Positions 1 to 10,165 of a DNA stretch of 64,000 nt are shown here, piece by piece. The notes beneath the pieces are model-generated. The model made no database searches, was not told the origin of the DNA, and saw nothing but the letters and a program-made list of their open reading frames with translations. The translations under genes and the position numbers were made by a program. Source of the DNA: Candidatus Omnitrophota bacterium (GTDB taxonomy: Bacteria > Omnitrophota > Gorgyraeia > JAHIPI01); contig JADHVZ010000004.1 in NCBI GenBank assembly GCA_016783745.1, forward strand, positions 3,544-67,543, written 5' to 3'. The first letter of the stretch is position 1. Each line of letters opens with the position of its first letter.

Positions 1-2
1 AT

Positions 3-3000
3 AGCGGCCTCACGGATACTATACCGGTTGATACGGTAGAGTATGATGGTACTTTACCGTCAACGGGCCTTAAAGATTCGGAAGGCATAACGATCACTGT
101 GTTGAGCGCCAATGATCCACCCGTCTTAAACCCCATAGGCGATAAGACGGTCAATGAAGATGTATTGCTCGAATTTACTATTACGGCTACGGATGGGGAC
201 GGCGATACACTAACGTACTCGGCATCTAATTTGCCTTCTGGCGCCGCATTCGACGCTCCGACACACACTTTCAGCTGGACGCCTTCCTATAGTAAGGCAG
301 GGGCATATCCGGATGTCCGCTTCAGCGTGGCCGACGGGATAACTACGGATACAGAAAATATAACCATTACCATAAACAACGTAAATCGCGCGCCCGTTTT
401 AAGCGCTATAGGGACAAAGAGTGTTGATGAGGGTGTACTCCTGACGTTTACGATCGCCGCTTCCGACGAAGACGGTGATTCCCTTACATACTCGGCGTCT
501 AGTCTGCCCGCTGGCGCGACATTCAGCGCAGCGGAAAAACGATTTAGCTGGACGCCGACGTTTATTCAAGCAGGCACATATTTAAATGTGCACTTTGAAA
601 TAACAGACGGCAGCATCGCGGATTCGGAAAATATAACTATAACAGTCAATGATGTTAATGCCCCGCCTTCTATGGATCCTATCGGTGATAAGAGCATTGA
701 CGAAGGATCGCTCCTTGAGTTTACGGTTACGGCATCTGATGTCGACGGAGATGCCCTGACGTATTACGCGTTGAATCTGCACTCCGGATCCGCTTTTGAT
801 GTTGATACGCAGGCCTTCAGCTGGACGCCCGGCTATACTGACGCGGGAGTCTACGACGACGTTATATTCATGGCAACCGACGGAGAAGAAGCCGAGGGCG
901 AGACAATAAGTATCACGGTCAGTGACATTAATGTGAAGCCCGTAATAGACTCACTTGACATGACCCCAGCCGCGACTATAAACGAAGGCGAAAGCATCAC
1001 CATTGTTATAAACTCGTCAGATCTTGACGGCGATGAGCTTACCTATTATGTACAAAATGAACCCGACGGTTCCGGTTTTATAGGCAGCGATTTCTACTGG
1101 AGGCCCGGATATGATCAAGCCGGTGAATACGCGGATGTGGAATTTACGGCATATGACGGCGTAGAATATTCAGATCCGTACACAGTGACTATAACCGTTA
1201 ACAATATGAACGATGCTCCGGTATTTATCACAGGCCCCACACTGATGTTATCTTATCAAGCCGGCGGTCAGGCATATGATGCGGCGATAAAAGACGGTTA
1301 TCTGTACACGGCGCACGGCGCGAATGGCTTAAAGGTGCTCGATATAAATAATCTGGACAATATCTATGTGGCGGATGCGATCAACGACTATCTTGCTTTA
1401 GAGGAAGTAGATATAGACGGCGACCTAGCTTATCTTATCGACAGCGGCAGTCTGGTCGAGATATTAGATGTAAGTGTTCCTTCTATGCCGTACAGAGAGG
1501 GAGATATCGTGGAAACGCTTGCCTCGGATGCGGCTACCAAAGATAATACCGCGTATCTGGCTTGCGGCAGCCAGCTTAAACTTTATGATATTACTGACAG
1601 GGATTTTCCGGAAGAAATAGAAGGCGTGGATCTGGGCGAAGCAAATAAAATAGCGGTAAGCGGAGATTACGCATACGCTATAAGCGCGGATGAGGACTTG
1701 AAAATAATAGACACGTTGACAAACCAGACCGTTGCTGCAAAGATATTCCAGGGGGCCGAAGCGCACGACGCTAAAGATATAGCGATTACGGGCAATAGCG
1801 CGTTTATAGCGAAAGATGCCTACGGCATTATCTGCTTTAACACCGAAGACAAAGTAAATCCCTCGGAGACCGGAGAGTTTTACATAGCAAATACTCTGGT
1901 TAAAGAGATATCTTCCTTTGGCGGGAACCGCTTATTCGCTCTCGGGTATCTGCCTGCCAGCAATAAATATAAACTTTTCTACATAGATACAACAGACCGC
2001 GCATCAATGGCTGAGGTCTGGTCGTATTCTTTTGCCGATGGCCTCGCCGTTAATGGTATGCACACGGACGGAAATACTGTATTTATCGCAGACTCAAGTG
2101 GTATGGACATGATCGTTTCTCCTCTTGAAGGCGAATATACCGTTGAAGCAGGGTCTACATTAAAAATAATGATATACGCTCTAGATCCTGACGCCGACAG
2201 CGTAACCTATTCTATGATCAACAAGCCTGAAGTAGACGAGACGGTATTTACCGATAACGAAGACGGGACAGCAACATTTTCGTGGACACCCACGGAGGCT
2301 CAGATAGGCTCTTACGGTGAGATATTCTTTATCGCGGATGATTCCTATCAGGCGGCCTGGTCGAATAGTCTTACTATCACAGTCGCGCAGAATGAAACGG
2401 CTATAATGCCGCCCTCCATTGACGAACACGCGAAGCTGCTCCTGCACTCCAACGGGACGGATGGTTCCACTACATTTACAGATTTAAGCAACTCAAATCA
2501 TACTCTAACAACTAACGGCTCTGCGCAAGTTGATACGGCCGAAAAAAAGTTCGGCACAGCTTCTTTATTACTTAACGGTGCCACCGATTATCTGACTGCT
2601 CCGGATTCGCCCGATTGGGACATATTTACTGCGAATTCTGACGATTGGACAATAGATCTGTGGATTAATCTGGCTAATGTAGGGCGCGACCATACACTTG
2701 TAAGCCAACGTTCCGGATATTACGATTATTGGATATTGGTACTTGGCTACAATCAGAAACTTAAATTTATGGCTCAAGATTCTTCTTTAGAGGTGTTTTC
2801 GCAGAGTAATGCGTTGTCCATCTTTGATAGTTGGCATCATGTTGTTCTTTGCAAGGTTGGGACTAAAGTCGCTTGTTACCTTGACGGCCAACAAGTTAGC
2901 TATAAAGAATTTGATCATAGTTTTAATTTTGTCGCTCCATTAGCAGTGGGGGCAAATTACCATCCTGGTAAAGGATGGCAAGATTTTGCTTCAGGCCATA

Positions 3001-3104
3001 TGGATGAGATAAGAATATCGCACAGCAATTATTTCAATGCCTCGCCTGATAGCGGCCTTTCGGATACTATACCGGTTGAGAGACAAGAGTACGCTGTAGA
3101 GTAA
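3..3104 (+). CDS. Large surface/adhesin protein, 5'-truncated: Ig/cadherin-like repeats, LVIVD-type beta-propeller, C-terminal LamG/ConA-like domain
   Basis: Frame is open from nt 3 (SGLTDTIPVDTVEY...ITITVLSAND), so the listed start at 99 is internal. Five ~90-aa repeats resemble N.PP.L..IG.K.V.EG..L.FTI.A.D.DGD.LTYS...FSWTP...DSENITITV. The middle has propeller-like repeats (YLYTAHGANGLKVLDI). The C-terminus is LLLHSNGTDGSTTFTD...WHHVVL...YLDG...GHMDEIRIS (LamG). Confidence 0.85.
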   Translation, partial: SGLTDTIPVDTVEYDGTLPSTGLKDSEGITITVLSANDPPVLNPIGDKTVNEDVLLEFTITATDGDGDTLTYSASNLPSGAAFDAPTHTFSWTPSYSKAGAYPDVRFSVADGITTDTENITITINNVNRAPVLSAIGTKSVDEGVLLTFTIAASDEDGDSLTYSASSLPAGATFSAAEKRFSWTPTFIQAGTYLNVHFEITDGSIADSENITITVNDVNAPPSMDPIGDKSIDEGSLLEFTVTASDVDGDALTYYALNLHSGSAFDVDTQAFSWTPGYTDAGVYDDVIFMATDGEEAEGETISITVSDINVKPVIDSLDMTPAATINEGESITIVINSSDLDGDELTYYVQNEPDGSGFIGSDFYWRPGYDQAGEYADVEFTAYDGVEYSDPYTVTITVNNMNDAPVFITGPTLMLSYQAGGQAYDAAIKDGYLYTAHGANGLKVLDINNLDNIYVADAINDYLALEEVDIDGDLAYLIDSGSLVEILDVSVPSMPYREGDIVETLASDAATKDNTAYLACGSQLKLYDITDRDFPEEIEGVDLGEANKIAVSGDYAYAISADEDLKIIDTLTNQTVAAKIFQGAEAHDAKDIAITGNSAFIAKDAYGIICFNTEDKVNPSETGEFYIANTLVKEISSFGGNRLFALGYLPASNKYKLFYIDTTDRASMAEVWSYSFADGLAVNGMHTDGNTVFIADSSGMDMIVSPLEGEYTVEAGSTLKIMIYALDPDADSVTYSMINKPEVDETVFTDNEDGTATFSWTPTEAQIGSYGEIFFIADDSYQAAWSNSLTITVAQNETAIMPPSIDEHAKLLLHSNGTDGSTTFTDLSNSNHTLTTNGSAQVDTAEKKFGTASLLLNGATDYLTAPDSPDWDIFTANSDDWTIDLWINLANVGRDHTLVSQRSGYYDYWILVLGYNQKLKFMAQDSSLEVFSQSNALSIFDSWHHVVLCKVGTKVACYLDGQQVSYKEFDHSFNFVAPLAVGANYHPGKGWQDFASGHMDEIRISHSNYFNASPDSGLSDTIPVERQEYAVE

Positions 3105-3163
3105 CCCGCCGTTTGTCAAGTATTTTTTCTCCCATTTAAAATTACCAAGTCCAAATTATACTA

Positions 3164-3191
3164 TTGAAGTGGATTTGTATTATGATATAAT
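3164..3191 (+). promoter_or_regulatory. Putative sigma70 promoter of the glycan cluster
   Basis: TTGAAG (3164-3169), 16-nt spacer, extended -10 TGaTATAAT (3183-3191) in an AT-rich gap; RBS AAGGAGGA at 3233-3240 before ATG 3247. Confidence 0.55.
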
Positions 3192-3246
3192 AATATACTA
3201 GATAATATGGTAATATAGTTAAGGGAATAAATAAGGAGGAACTGGT

Positions 3247-4257
3247 ATGGAGCAAATAGAACAGGAAATAAATATACGCGAACTCATTTATACAATAGTG
3301 GAGAAAAAATGGCTGGTAATAGCCGTTTTTTTAATATCGGTTATACCGGCAATCTTGATAAGTTTGGCCATGCCACATATATATGAACTCTCCATGTTTT
3401 TAGAGCCCACTTTCATTGACATGACCGACCAGGGGCAATATCTGAAAATAGACGCGCCCCAAAATATTCGAGCCAAGATCCAGGAAAATACTTACAATTT
3501 AAAGGTGATTCATGCGTTAAATCTCGATCCGGATCAGGCCAAGCTGCGATTCGATGTCTCACAACCTGCTGGATCAAATTTGGTAAAGATCAGCATGAGG
3601 GAGAAGGCGGATAACGTAGAAATGGGGATCAAGATCCTTCATGCGCTATATGCGGAGCTGCTAAATGACTATAAGGGGATAATCGACTATAAAAAAGGCA
3701 TCTTTGAAAAGCAGATAATCGCTACCTCGGCATTTATAGCTGCTAAAAAAAAGAGCATAACGATGTTTGAACAGGAATTAATAAGTCTGAAAAACAGAGA
3801 AAATGCATTAGACATAGATTTAAAAGACGCAAAAGCCGGCTTTAGAAAAATTTTAGAAAATTCGGATAGGTTGATTTCAGAAAAGGATAACTTATCAACA
3901 TCTAATGTTGGCGACAACTTTTTTGAGCTGTATTCCAATGTCCTTGTCAGCAATATTCAGTGCATAGACAGCTTAAATTCTCATCTTGCGGAAACAGGTA
4001 AGGAAAAAATAAAGACTTTGGCCGCAATGGTAGATTTGGACGAGGAGATCAACGATCTACAGCTTCAGATGGAAGAGGCTCGCTTTAAAAAGGAGAGTAT
4101 CCAAAACATCAAATTACTCCAGGAGCCTGAAGTCTCATTGTTGCCTGTCGGCCCAAATAAGACTAAGAATGTAGCGATTGCCGGTGGGGCAGGCCTGATT
4201 TTCGGTATATTCCTGGTATTTTTTATGAAGTTCTGGGAAGGCTACAAGCGGAAGTAA
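3247..4257 (+). CDS. wzz: Wzz-family chain-length determinant / polysaccharide co-polymerase
   Basis: EINIRELI then a TM helix, coiled-coil middle, PVGPNK plus a Gly-rich C-terminal TM (AGGAGLIFGIFLVFF). Confidence 0.85.
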   Translation: MEQIEQEINIRELIYTIVEKKWLVIAVFLISVIPAILISLAMPHIYELSMFLEPTFIDMTDQGQYLKIDAPQNIRAKIQENTYNLKVIHALNLDPDQAKLRFDVSQPAGSNLVKISMREKADNVEMGIKILHALYAELLNDYKGIIDYKKGIFEKQIIATSAFIAAKKKSITMFEQELISLKNRENALDIDLKDAKAGFRKILENSDRLISEKDNLSTSNVGDNFFELYSNVLVSNIQCIDSLNSHLAETGKEKIKTLAAMVDLDEEINDLQLQMEEARFKKESIQNIKLLQEPEVSLLPVGPNKTKNVAIAGGAGLIFGIFLVFFMKFWEGYKRK

Positions 4258-4271
4258 TCGCGGGTATTGGA

Positions 4272-5465
4272 ATGAGTCGCAAAAAGGTTTCGGTTTTAAC
4301 ATTTTGTTTATTTGTCATATTATTTTTTATACTTACAGGCGCGTATATAAATAGCACCGATTTCTTCCGGAGGATAGCAGCGGATCATTGTAAGGCGAGC
4401 GGCCGGTATCCCCAAGCTATAGCCTTTTATAAAAAGATCATCAGGAAAGACAGTGTAAAAAAACATCTTATAGGCAGCGATTTTGCGAGTGTTAATTTCA
4501 ATTTAGGCTATTTGTATGCGCAAATAGGTCTCACAAATTCAGCGATCGAATCTTATGCCAGCGGAAGCGCAAGATCCATCGATATTAAAACCGAGGACTA
4601 TTATAGCGGTGACCTGGAAAAGGATAGATTGATAGCGGTTGGATTGCTGGAGGCCGGCAACTGGGATGCCGCTATAGATGAGTTCCAAAAGATGAAGCGG
4701 CGCTATCCCCGATCAGCCGATATCGATTCGTATCTTCGTACTGCAGATTCCTTAAAGCAGGAGGGTATTGCCTCCGGCAGAAGGGATATCTTTTTCGATA
4801 TAGGAGACGCTTATATCAGGAACCGATTATTTGATGAGGCCAGGCCCTTTTTTACCAGGAGAATATTGGATTATGGTGTCCACCCCCTGGAGGTATTGAG
4901 GCATCTCCGTAGAGCATATTACGCGGATCCGGATATCAAGCAGAAGGTCTGGGGGGATGAGATCTATGTCACACTGGAGGACTTTGAAAGGATCAAACCG
5001 CATTTAAAGAGATGGATCACCCAGGCAAGGCCGAGAACTAATGATCACCATATATCTGATGAAGTCGCTTTCAAAGGGGCTCGCTCGGAATTTTTGGACA
5101 TCCTTTATTCCAAAAAAGATTACGATTACTGGATAGTAGATGTGGATATTCCATTAGATGGCGATCTGCCGTTAGGACTGCGGGTGTTCGTAAAGAGTAA
5201 AGAGCGTTTCATAGGCCATCTTAAAGAGAACATCATCTATTCAGGAGGGAAAGGAAGCAGTGTCATAGAGCGGCCTGACGTCAAAATAAATGCCGGTGAC
5301 GGCTGGGAGATGCAAAGGACAGTAGGCCTCTATGAAAAGGCACAAGCCATAGGAGAGGAAATCGGCTGCGGCGGTTGTACGATCAAGATGGATAAGGTCA
5401 TTATAGATACTGCGGGAGGTTCCAATCAATTTTATGTCGATGATATTGAGTTATTCATTGAATAA
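4272..5465 (+). CDS. Membrane-anchored TPR protein with C-terminal jelly-roll/CBM-like domain
   Basis: N-terminal TM; TPR-like helices (FNLGYLYAQIG, AGNWDAAIDEFQK); C-domain bounded by LEDFE...FYVDDIELF. Confidence 0.6.
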   Translation: MSRKKVSVLTFCLFVILFFILTGAYINSTDFFRRIAADHCKASGRYPQAIAFYKKIIRKDSVKKHLIGSDFASVNFNLGYLYAQIGLTNSAIESYASGSARSIDIKTEDYYSGDLEKDRLIAVGLLEAGNWDAAIDEFQKMKRRYPRSADIDSYLRTADSLKQEGIASGRRDIFFDIGDAYIRNRLFDEARPFFTRRILDYGVHPLEVLRHLRRAYYADPDIKQKVWGDEIYVTLEDFERIKPHLKRWITQARPRTNDHHISDEVAFKGARSEFLDILYSKKDYDYWIVDVDIPLDGDLPLGLRVFVKSKERFIGHLKENIIYSGGKGSSVIERPDVKINAGDGWEMQRTVGLYEKAQAIGEEIGCGGCTIKMDKVIIDTAGGSNQFYVDDIELFIE

Positions 5466-5473
5466 CATAGGGT

Positions 5474-6493
5474 ATGGGTTTTGAGATGCGGAGAAAAGTT
5501 TTCATAATAGCGGAAATAGGAAATCTTCATGACGGCTCATTAGACATGGCGAAGTCTTTCATCAGAGAAGTCGCCGGTTGCGGCGCGGATGCGATAAAGT
5601 TTCAAACACATATATTTAAAGCCGAAAGCCTGCCGGATGCCCCTAATCCTCCTTACTTCAAAAATGAAAGCAGAAAAGAGTATTTTGAAAGGACGGCTTT
5701 TAATCTGAAGCAGTGGGAAATGATCAAAAAGTTTACCGAGAATGAGTGCGGGCTGGAATTCATATCTTCTCCCTTTTCCCCGGAGGCCGTTGATTTGCTT
5801 GAGAAGCTGAGGGTCAGGACGTATAAAATCCCTTCGGGGGAGGTCACGAATGCGCCCCTGCTTTTAAAGATAGCCAAAACCGGTAAAAGGGTACTGCTTT
5901 CCAGCGGAATGAGTTCATGGGATGAGCTTGACCATGCTGTGAAAACATTGAAAAGAAACGGCTGCCCTAAGCCCGTAATATTACAGTGTACTTCCGAATA
6001 CCCCTGTCCGCCGCACAAGGTCGGGCTTAACGTCCTTCTGGAAATGAAGGAGAGGTATAAGCTGCCCGTAGGCTTGTCTGACCACACATTAGGCATAGCT
6101 TGTTCCATAGCTGCGGTCGCCCTTGGCGCGGAAGTAATAGAGAGGCACTTTACGCTCTCGAAGTCCATGTACGGAACGGATGCCGGGCATTCTTTGGAGC
6201 CCGGTGATCTCAAACTTCTTGTGAAAAACATAAGGGAGCTTGAAGCCGCCCTGTCCGCTAAAATAAATAAGGATATAACGGCTAAAGAAACGGCCGGTAT
6301 GAAGACGGTATTTGAAAAATCAATAGTCGCCGCTGCCCGCATAGAGAAAGGGACTGTCCTTAAAGAAGGGCATTTAGCTTATAAGAAGCCGGGCGACGGG
6401 ATACGGGCCGATAGATACAGGGAGATCATAGGAAAAACGGCGAAGACGGATATCGCCAGCGATACTAAAATAGACAGGAAGATGCTCAAGTGA
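5474..6493 (+). CDS. neuB: NeuB-family nonulosonate synthase #1 with SAF domain
   Basis: IIAEIGNLHDG, ADAIKFQ, KIPSGE, GLSDHT, IERHFTL, C-terminal SAF (KKPGDGI). Confidence 0.9.
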   Translation: MGFEMRRKVFIIAEIGNLHDGSLDMAKSFIREVAGCGADAIKFQTHIFKAESLPDAPNPPYFKNESRKEYFERTAFNLKQWEMIKKFTENECGLEFISSPFSPEAVDLLEKLRVRTYKIPSGEVTNAPLLLKIAKTGKRVLLSSGMSSWDELDHAVKTLKRNGCPKPVILQCTSEYPCPPHKVGLNVLLEMKERYKLPVGLSDHTLGIACSIAAVALGAEVIERHFTLSKSMYGTDAGHSLEPGDLKLLVKNIRELEAALSAKINKDITAKETAGMKTVFEKSIVAAARIEKGTVLKEGHLAYKKPGDGIRADRYREIIGKTAKTDIASDTKIDRKMLK

Positions 6494-7680
6494 AAAAGAA
6501 AAAAATAGGGCTTATTATAGGCAGCAGGGCGAATTACGCGAGTATAAAATCAGTTATAAGCCATATCTCAAAGCGCCGGGATTCGATGGAATTATTGATT
6601 TTTGTGGGTGCCTCCGCACTGCTGGAGAGGTACGGCCGGGTGGCGGATCTGGTAGAAGAGGATGGTTTTTCCATTACGGAGAAATTCTATATCCTGGTCG
6701 AAGGGGAAAATCCTCAGACCATGGCCATGTCAGTAGGATTGGGCATGATCGAGCTGGCCGGGCTGTTCATGAACCATAAACCGGATGTCGTGATAACAGT
6801 GGGCGACAGGTTTGAGACTATAGCTACGGCAGTCACAGCTTCTTATATGAACATCCACCTGGCTCATACGATGGGAGGCGAAATTTCCGGCACGATAGAT
6901 GAAAGCATAAGGCACGCTGTTACCAAGTTTTCCCATATTCATTTTCCGGCCAACAAAGAGGCAGCCGGAAGGATCATAAGAATGGGGGAGGACCCCGGCC
7001 ACGTTTTTGTTACGGGTTGTCCGAGGATAGACCTTGTAAAAGAGCTGATAGAGGAAAACAGGAACGGCGGCGGAATAGATAAAAATGAATTTTGGAAAAA
7101 ATACAAAGGCGTTGGAGAAGAATTCGACTTGGAGAAAGAGAGATTTTTACTGGTCTCCCAGCACCCCGTGACCACGGAATATGGTATGAACAGGGCCCGG
7201 ATGAGAGAGACGCTGATGGCCCTTTACAGTAAAAGGATGCCCACGATCTTACTCTGGCCGAATGCCGATGCCGGCTCGGATGAGATCTCCAAAGAGATAA
7301 GGACCTTCAGGGAGAAATATAAACCCGATGGTTGGCTGCACCTTTTTAAAAACCTTCCGATAGAAATATATACGAAATTGATGGATATGTGCGCCTGTAT
7401 GGTGGGGAATTCCAGCAGCGCCCTGAGAGAAGGCGCTATTGTCGGCGTGCCCGCAGTGAATATCGGGACGCGGCAGCAGGGAAGAAGCAGGGGAAAAAAT
7501 ATCGTGGACGCGGACTATGATAGAGAAAAAATCTTAGACGCGATGAATGGGCAGCTGAAAAATAGTAAGTTTGAACCCGATTATCTATATGGCGACGGCA
7601 AGGCCGGGGAGAAAATCGCGAAGATCCTGGCGGAAATAGATTTGAATAAAATCTATCTCCAAAAGAAGTTTATTGTTTAA
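6490..7680 (+). CDS. neuC: UDP-N-acetylglucosamine 2-epimerase (hydrolysing)
   Basis: GSRANY, GDRFE, HTMGGEISGTIDESIRHAVTK, QHPVT, GNSSS, YGDG. Confidence 0.92.
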   Translation: MKKKKIGLIIGSRANYASIKSVISHISKRRDSMELLIFVGASALLERYGRVADLVEEDGFSITEKFYILVEGENPQTMAMSVGLGMIELAGLFMNHKPDVVITVGDRFETIATAVTASYMNIHLAHTMGGEISGTIDESIRHAVTKFSHIHFPANKEAAGRIIRMGEDPGHVFVTGCPRIDLVKELIEENRNGGGIDKNEFWKKYKGVGEEFDLEKERFLLVSQHPVTTEYGMNRARMRETLMALYSKRMPTILLWPNADAGSDEISKEIRTFREKYKPDGWLHLFKNLPIEIYTKLMDMCACMVGNSSSALREGAIVGVPAVNIGTRQQGRSRGKNIVDADYDREKILDAMNGQLKNSKFEPDYLYGDGKAGEKIAKILAEIDLNKIYLQKKFIV

Positions 7681-7705
7681 CGTACGGCTGTATAAAGGCG
7701 GCAGA

Positions 7706-8725
7706 ATGTTTGTTTCTTATAAGCATATTTGTGATTATCAATCCGTTGATATAGGCAGGCTCAGGGGCAAGGGGAGTTATAAAACCTTGATGGAAAAAAG
7801 GGCCTACTTTTTAAAGATAGTCGGAGACAGGGATCAAAAAGTGAGAGGCGAATTTTTACAGGAGAGGCTTTGCCCTTTATGCGACGCGGACGATCATCGA
7901 TGTATTTTGGAAAAGGACGGCTTAAAAATAGTCAAATGCAGTAAGTGTGAAATGATCTATGTGAACCCGGTTTTAAGCACTGCCGCCCTGGAAAAGATAT
8001 ATAAACATGAAGATTATTCCGAAATAATGGAAAAGCTTCAGGGGGAATCCCATCAGTATAGAAAATCACGTTTCGGAAAAGAGCGGGTGGAAACGGTAAA
8101 AAGACTGCGGGATGATAGGCTGGATTTTAAAAAATGGCTGGATATAGGATGCAGTACCGGCTTTGTCTTAGAGGCCGCCAAGGAAGAGGGGTGGGATGCG
8201 GTAGGCGTAGAATTAAACCCCTATGCCGTACGGTTTGCCCGGGGGAGAGGCATAAAGGTCATCGACAGGGATTATCTGGGGATACGATTCGGCGAGTCCG
8301 AATTTTCGGAAATAACGATATTTGATGTTTTGGAGCATCTGCCGAATCCGAGTGATGTCCTGAGGAAGGCTTTTAAAGAATTAACCCAATACGGAGGCGT
8401 GTATATTTACGTACCGAACTGGGAATCCGCGAGTAGGATTTTAATGGGGGACGACGCCCATTTCATATGGCCTTCTCACCATTTGGCTTATTTTACCCCA
8501 TTTACCGTGACTAAGATGCTGGAAAGCATAGGCTTTGAAGTGATCCGCGTGGAGACTGAGGGCCTTGATATTTTTGATTATATCTGGTTTTTGAAAGATA
8601 GAGATAATGAAAAACCGGTTTCTTATTTGGAGGAAATAGCCGACAAGCTTCAATTTTTTATCAACGCGGGGCTTTACGGCAAGAATCTGAGGGTATACGC
8701 TAAAAAGACCGGTGGAAAAGGCTGA
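7706..8725 (+). CDS. Class I SAM methyltransferase with Zn-ribbon
   Basis: CPLC...CSKC, LDIGCSTG, FDVLEH, VPN; ATG 7706 preferred over TTG 7673. Confidence 0.85.
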   Translation: MFVSYKHICDYQSVDIGRLRGKGSYKTLMEKRAYFLKIVGDRDQKVRGEFLQERLCPLCDADDHRCILEKDGLKIVKCSKCEMIYVNPVLSTAALEKIYKHEDYSEIMEKLQGESHQYRKSRFGKERVETVKRLRDDRLDFKKWLDIGCSTGFVLEAAKEEGWDAVGVELNPYAVRFARGRGIKVIDRDYLGIRFGESEFSEITIFDVLEHLPNPSDVLRKAFKELTQYGGVYIYVPNWESASRILMGDDAHFIWPSHHLAYFTPFTVTKMLESIGFEVIRVETEGLDIFDYIWFLKDRDNEKPVSYLEEIADKLQFFINAGLYGKNLRVYAKKTGGKG

Positions 8726-8726
8726 T

Positions 8727-9452
8727 ATGGAAAAGAACGCCAAGCGGGAAGTCTTAGCTGTTATTCCGGCGCGCGGCGGATCAAAGGGGATCCCGGGAAA
8801 GAATCTTACGCCTTTATGCGGAAGGCCGTTGATCCAATACACTATCGATGCCGCAAGAAGCAGCGCGTTTATCAGCCGCATTATCGTATCGAGTGATGAC
8901 GATGAGATAATCAGCCATTGCCAAAGGCAGAATATAGAGGCCCCCTTCAAGAGGCCCGCGGAATACGGCCGGGATGACGCGCCGATGATAGACGTGATCA
9001 GGCACGCGCTGTCATATTTAAAAAAAAATCAGGATTATAGCCCCGATTTCATAGTATTGCTCCAGCCGACTTCTCCTTTAAGGCAATCGAGGCATATTGA
9101 TGAGGCGCTGGAGGCTCTTATGCGCTCCGATGCCGATTCCGTGGTAAGCATCACGGAAGTGCCTCATAATTTCAATCCATACTCATTGATGAAGCTTGAA
9201 AACGGGCTTTTGAAACCGTTTCTTGATTATGACGAAAAAAACAACCAGAGGCAGAAAAAACCAAAATTTTACGCGCGAAACGGCGCCGCGATATACGCCT
9301 TTACCTATAGGTGCATAGCCGAAAAAGAGAGCATCTACGGGGATAAGATCCTGCCGTATTTTATGGGCAGGGACGAGTCTGTGGACATAGATTCGATCTT
9401 TGACCTGAAGTCGGCGGAAATATTATTGAATAAGAGAGAACGGATGCCATGA
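8727..9452 (+). CDS. neuA: CMP-nonulosonate synthetase (acylneuraminate cytidylyltransferase)
   Basis: IPARGGSKGIPGKN, LQPTSPLR, NGAAIY, SVDID. Confidence 0.92.
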   Translation: MEKNAKREVLAVIPARGGSKGIPGKNLTPLCGRPLIQYTIDAARSSAFISRIIVSSDDDEIISHCQRQNIEAPFKRPAEYGRDDAPMIDVIRHALSYLKKNQDYSPDFIVLLQPTSPLRQSRHIDEALEALMRSDADSVVSITEVPHNFNPYSLMKLENGLLKPFLDYDEKNNQRQKKPKFYARNGAAIYAFTYRCIAEKESIYGDKILPYFMGRDESVDIDSIFDLKSAEILLNKRERMP

Positions 9453-10165
9453 TCTCTTTTTTAAAACCGTGGGTAAGGAATAAGGCGCAAAAAAAACTGG
9501 CCTCCCTTCCGGACGACAGAGGGATAAAGATGCTATTGCGCCTTGAGGCGCGGCTGTCTTCTTTGACGCTTGGGACGATAAAATTGGCGGAACGCTCAAG
9601 AGGGGGGATCCATCCCAAGCATTGGATCACGGATTTTGTGGGCTTCTTCCTGGACAACATCAATGCCTCCGATACGGTTCTTGAGATAGGATGCGCATAC
9701 GGGCACGTTGCCTCAAGGATAGCGGAGAAAGCCAAACATGTTACTGCCATTGACATCCGCCGGGACGCTATTGAAAAGGCCGGGCAGCAGTTCAACCGCA
9801 GCAATATCTCGTTTATCAGCGCTGACTTTTTTGATTTTACGGATGGAAGTAAATTTGATGTAGTGGTCATGTCCAATGTCCTGGAGCACATAGCGGACCG
9901 CGGGAGATTTTTGGAGAAAGCGGCCGTCTTAGGCGGGAAATTGCTTATACGCGTGCCGGCCTTTGACAGGGACTGGACGGTGCCTTATAAAAAGAAACTG
10001 GGCTTGGAATGGCGTTTAAACGATGGCCATGAAGTGGAGTATACGGAAGGCATGCTGAGAGATGAGCTTGGCCGCGCGGGCCTGTCCGTGAAATATCTAT
10101 GCTGTAAATGGGGTAACTATTGCTGCATAGCCGAGAAAAAAAGAGGCGATAACGGGCGATCATGA
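9449..10165 (+). CDS. Class I SAM methyltransferase
   Basis: VLEIGCAYG, FDVVVMSNVLEH, IRVP. Confidence 0.85.
   Translation: MISFLKPWVRNKAQKKLASLPDDRGIKMLLRLEARLSSLTLGTIKLAERSRGGIHPKHWITDFVGFFLDNINASDTVLEIGCAYGHVASRIAEKAKHVTAIDIRRDAIEKAGQQFNRSNISFISADFFDFTDGSKFDVVVMSNVLEHIADRGRFLEKAAVLGGKLLIRVPAFDRDWTVPYKKKLGLEWRLNDGHEVEYTEGMLRDELGRAGLSVKYLCCKWGNYCCIAEKKRGDNGRS

Noticed and set aside
2400-3104. Diversity-generating retroelement target
   Set aside because: No reverse transcriptase or template/variable repeat pair with adenine-specific mismatches in the window.
5653-6342. Long antisense ORFs (also 34048-34614, 9361-9891, 63583-63942 and others)
   Set aside because: Shadows of well-supported + strand genes, with no recognisable motifs.
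9020-9028. Poly-A/T tracts (A9 here; 8-mers near 3745, 10663, 22244, 35830, 41906) as phase-variation switches
   Set aside because: All lie in intact frames and are expected in Lys/Phe-rich coding sequence; no long G/C tracts were noticed.
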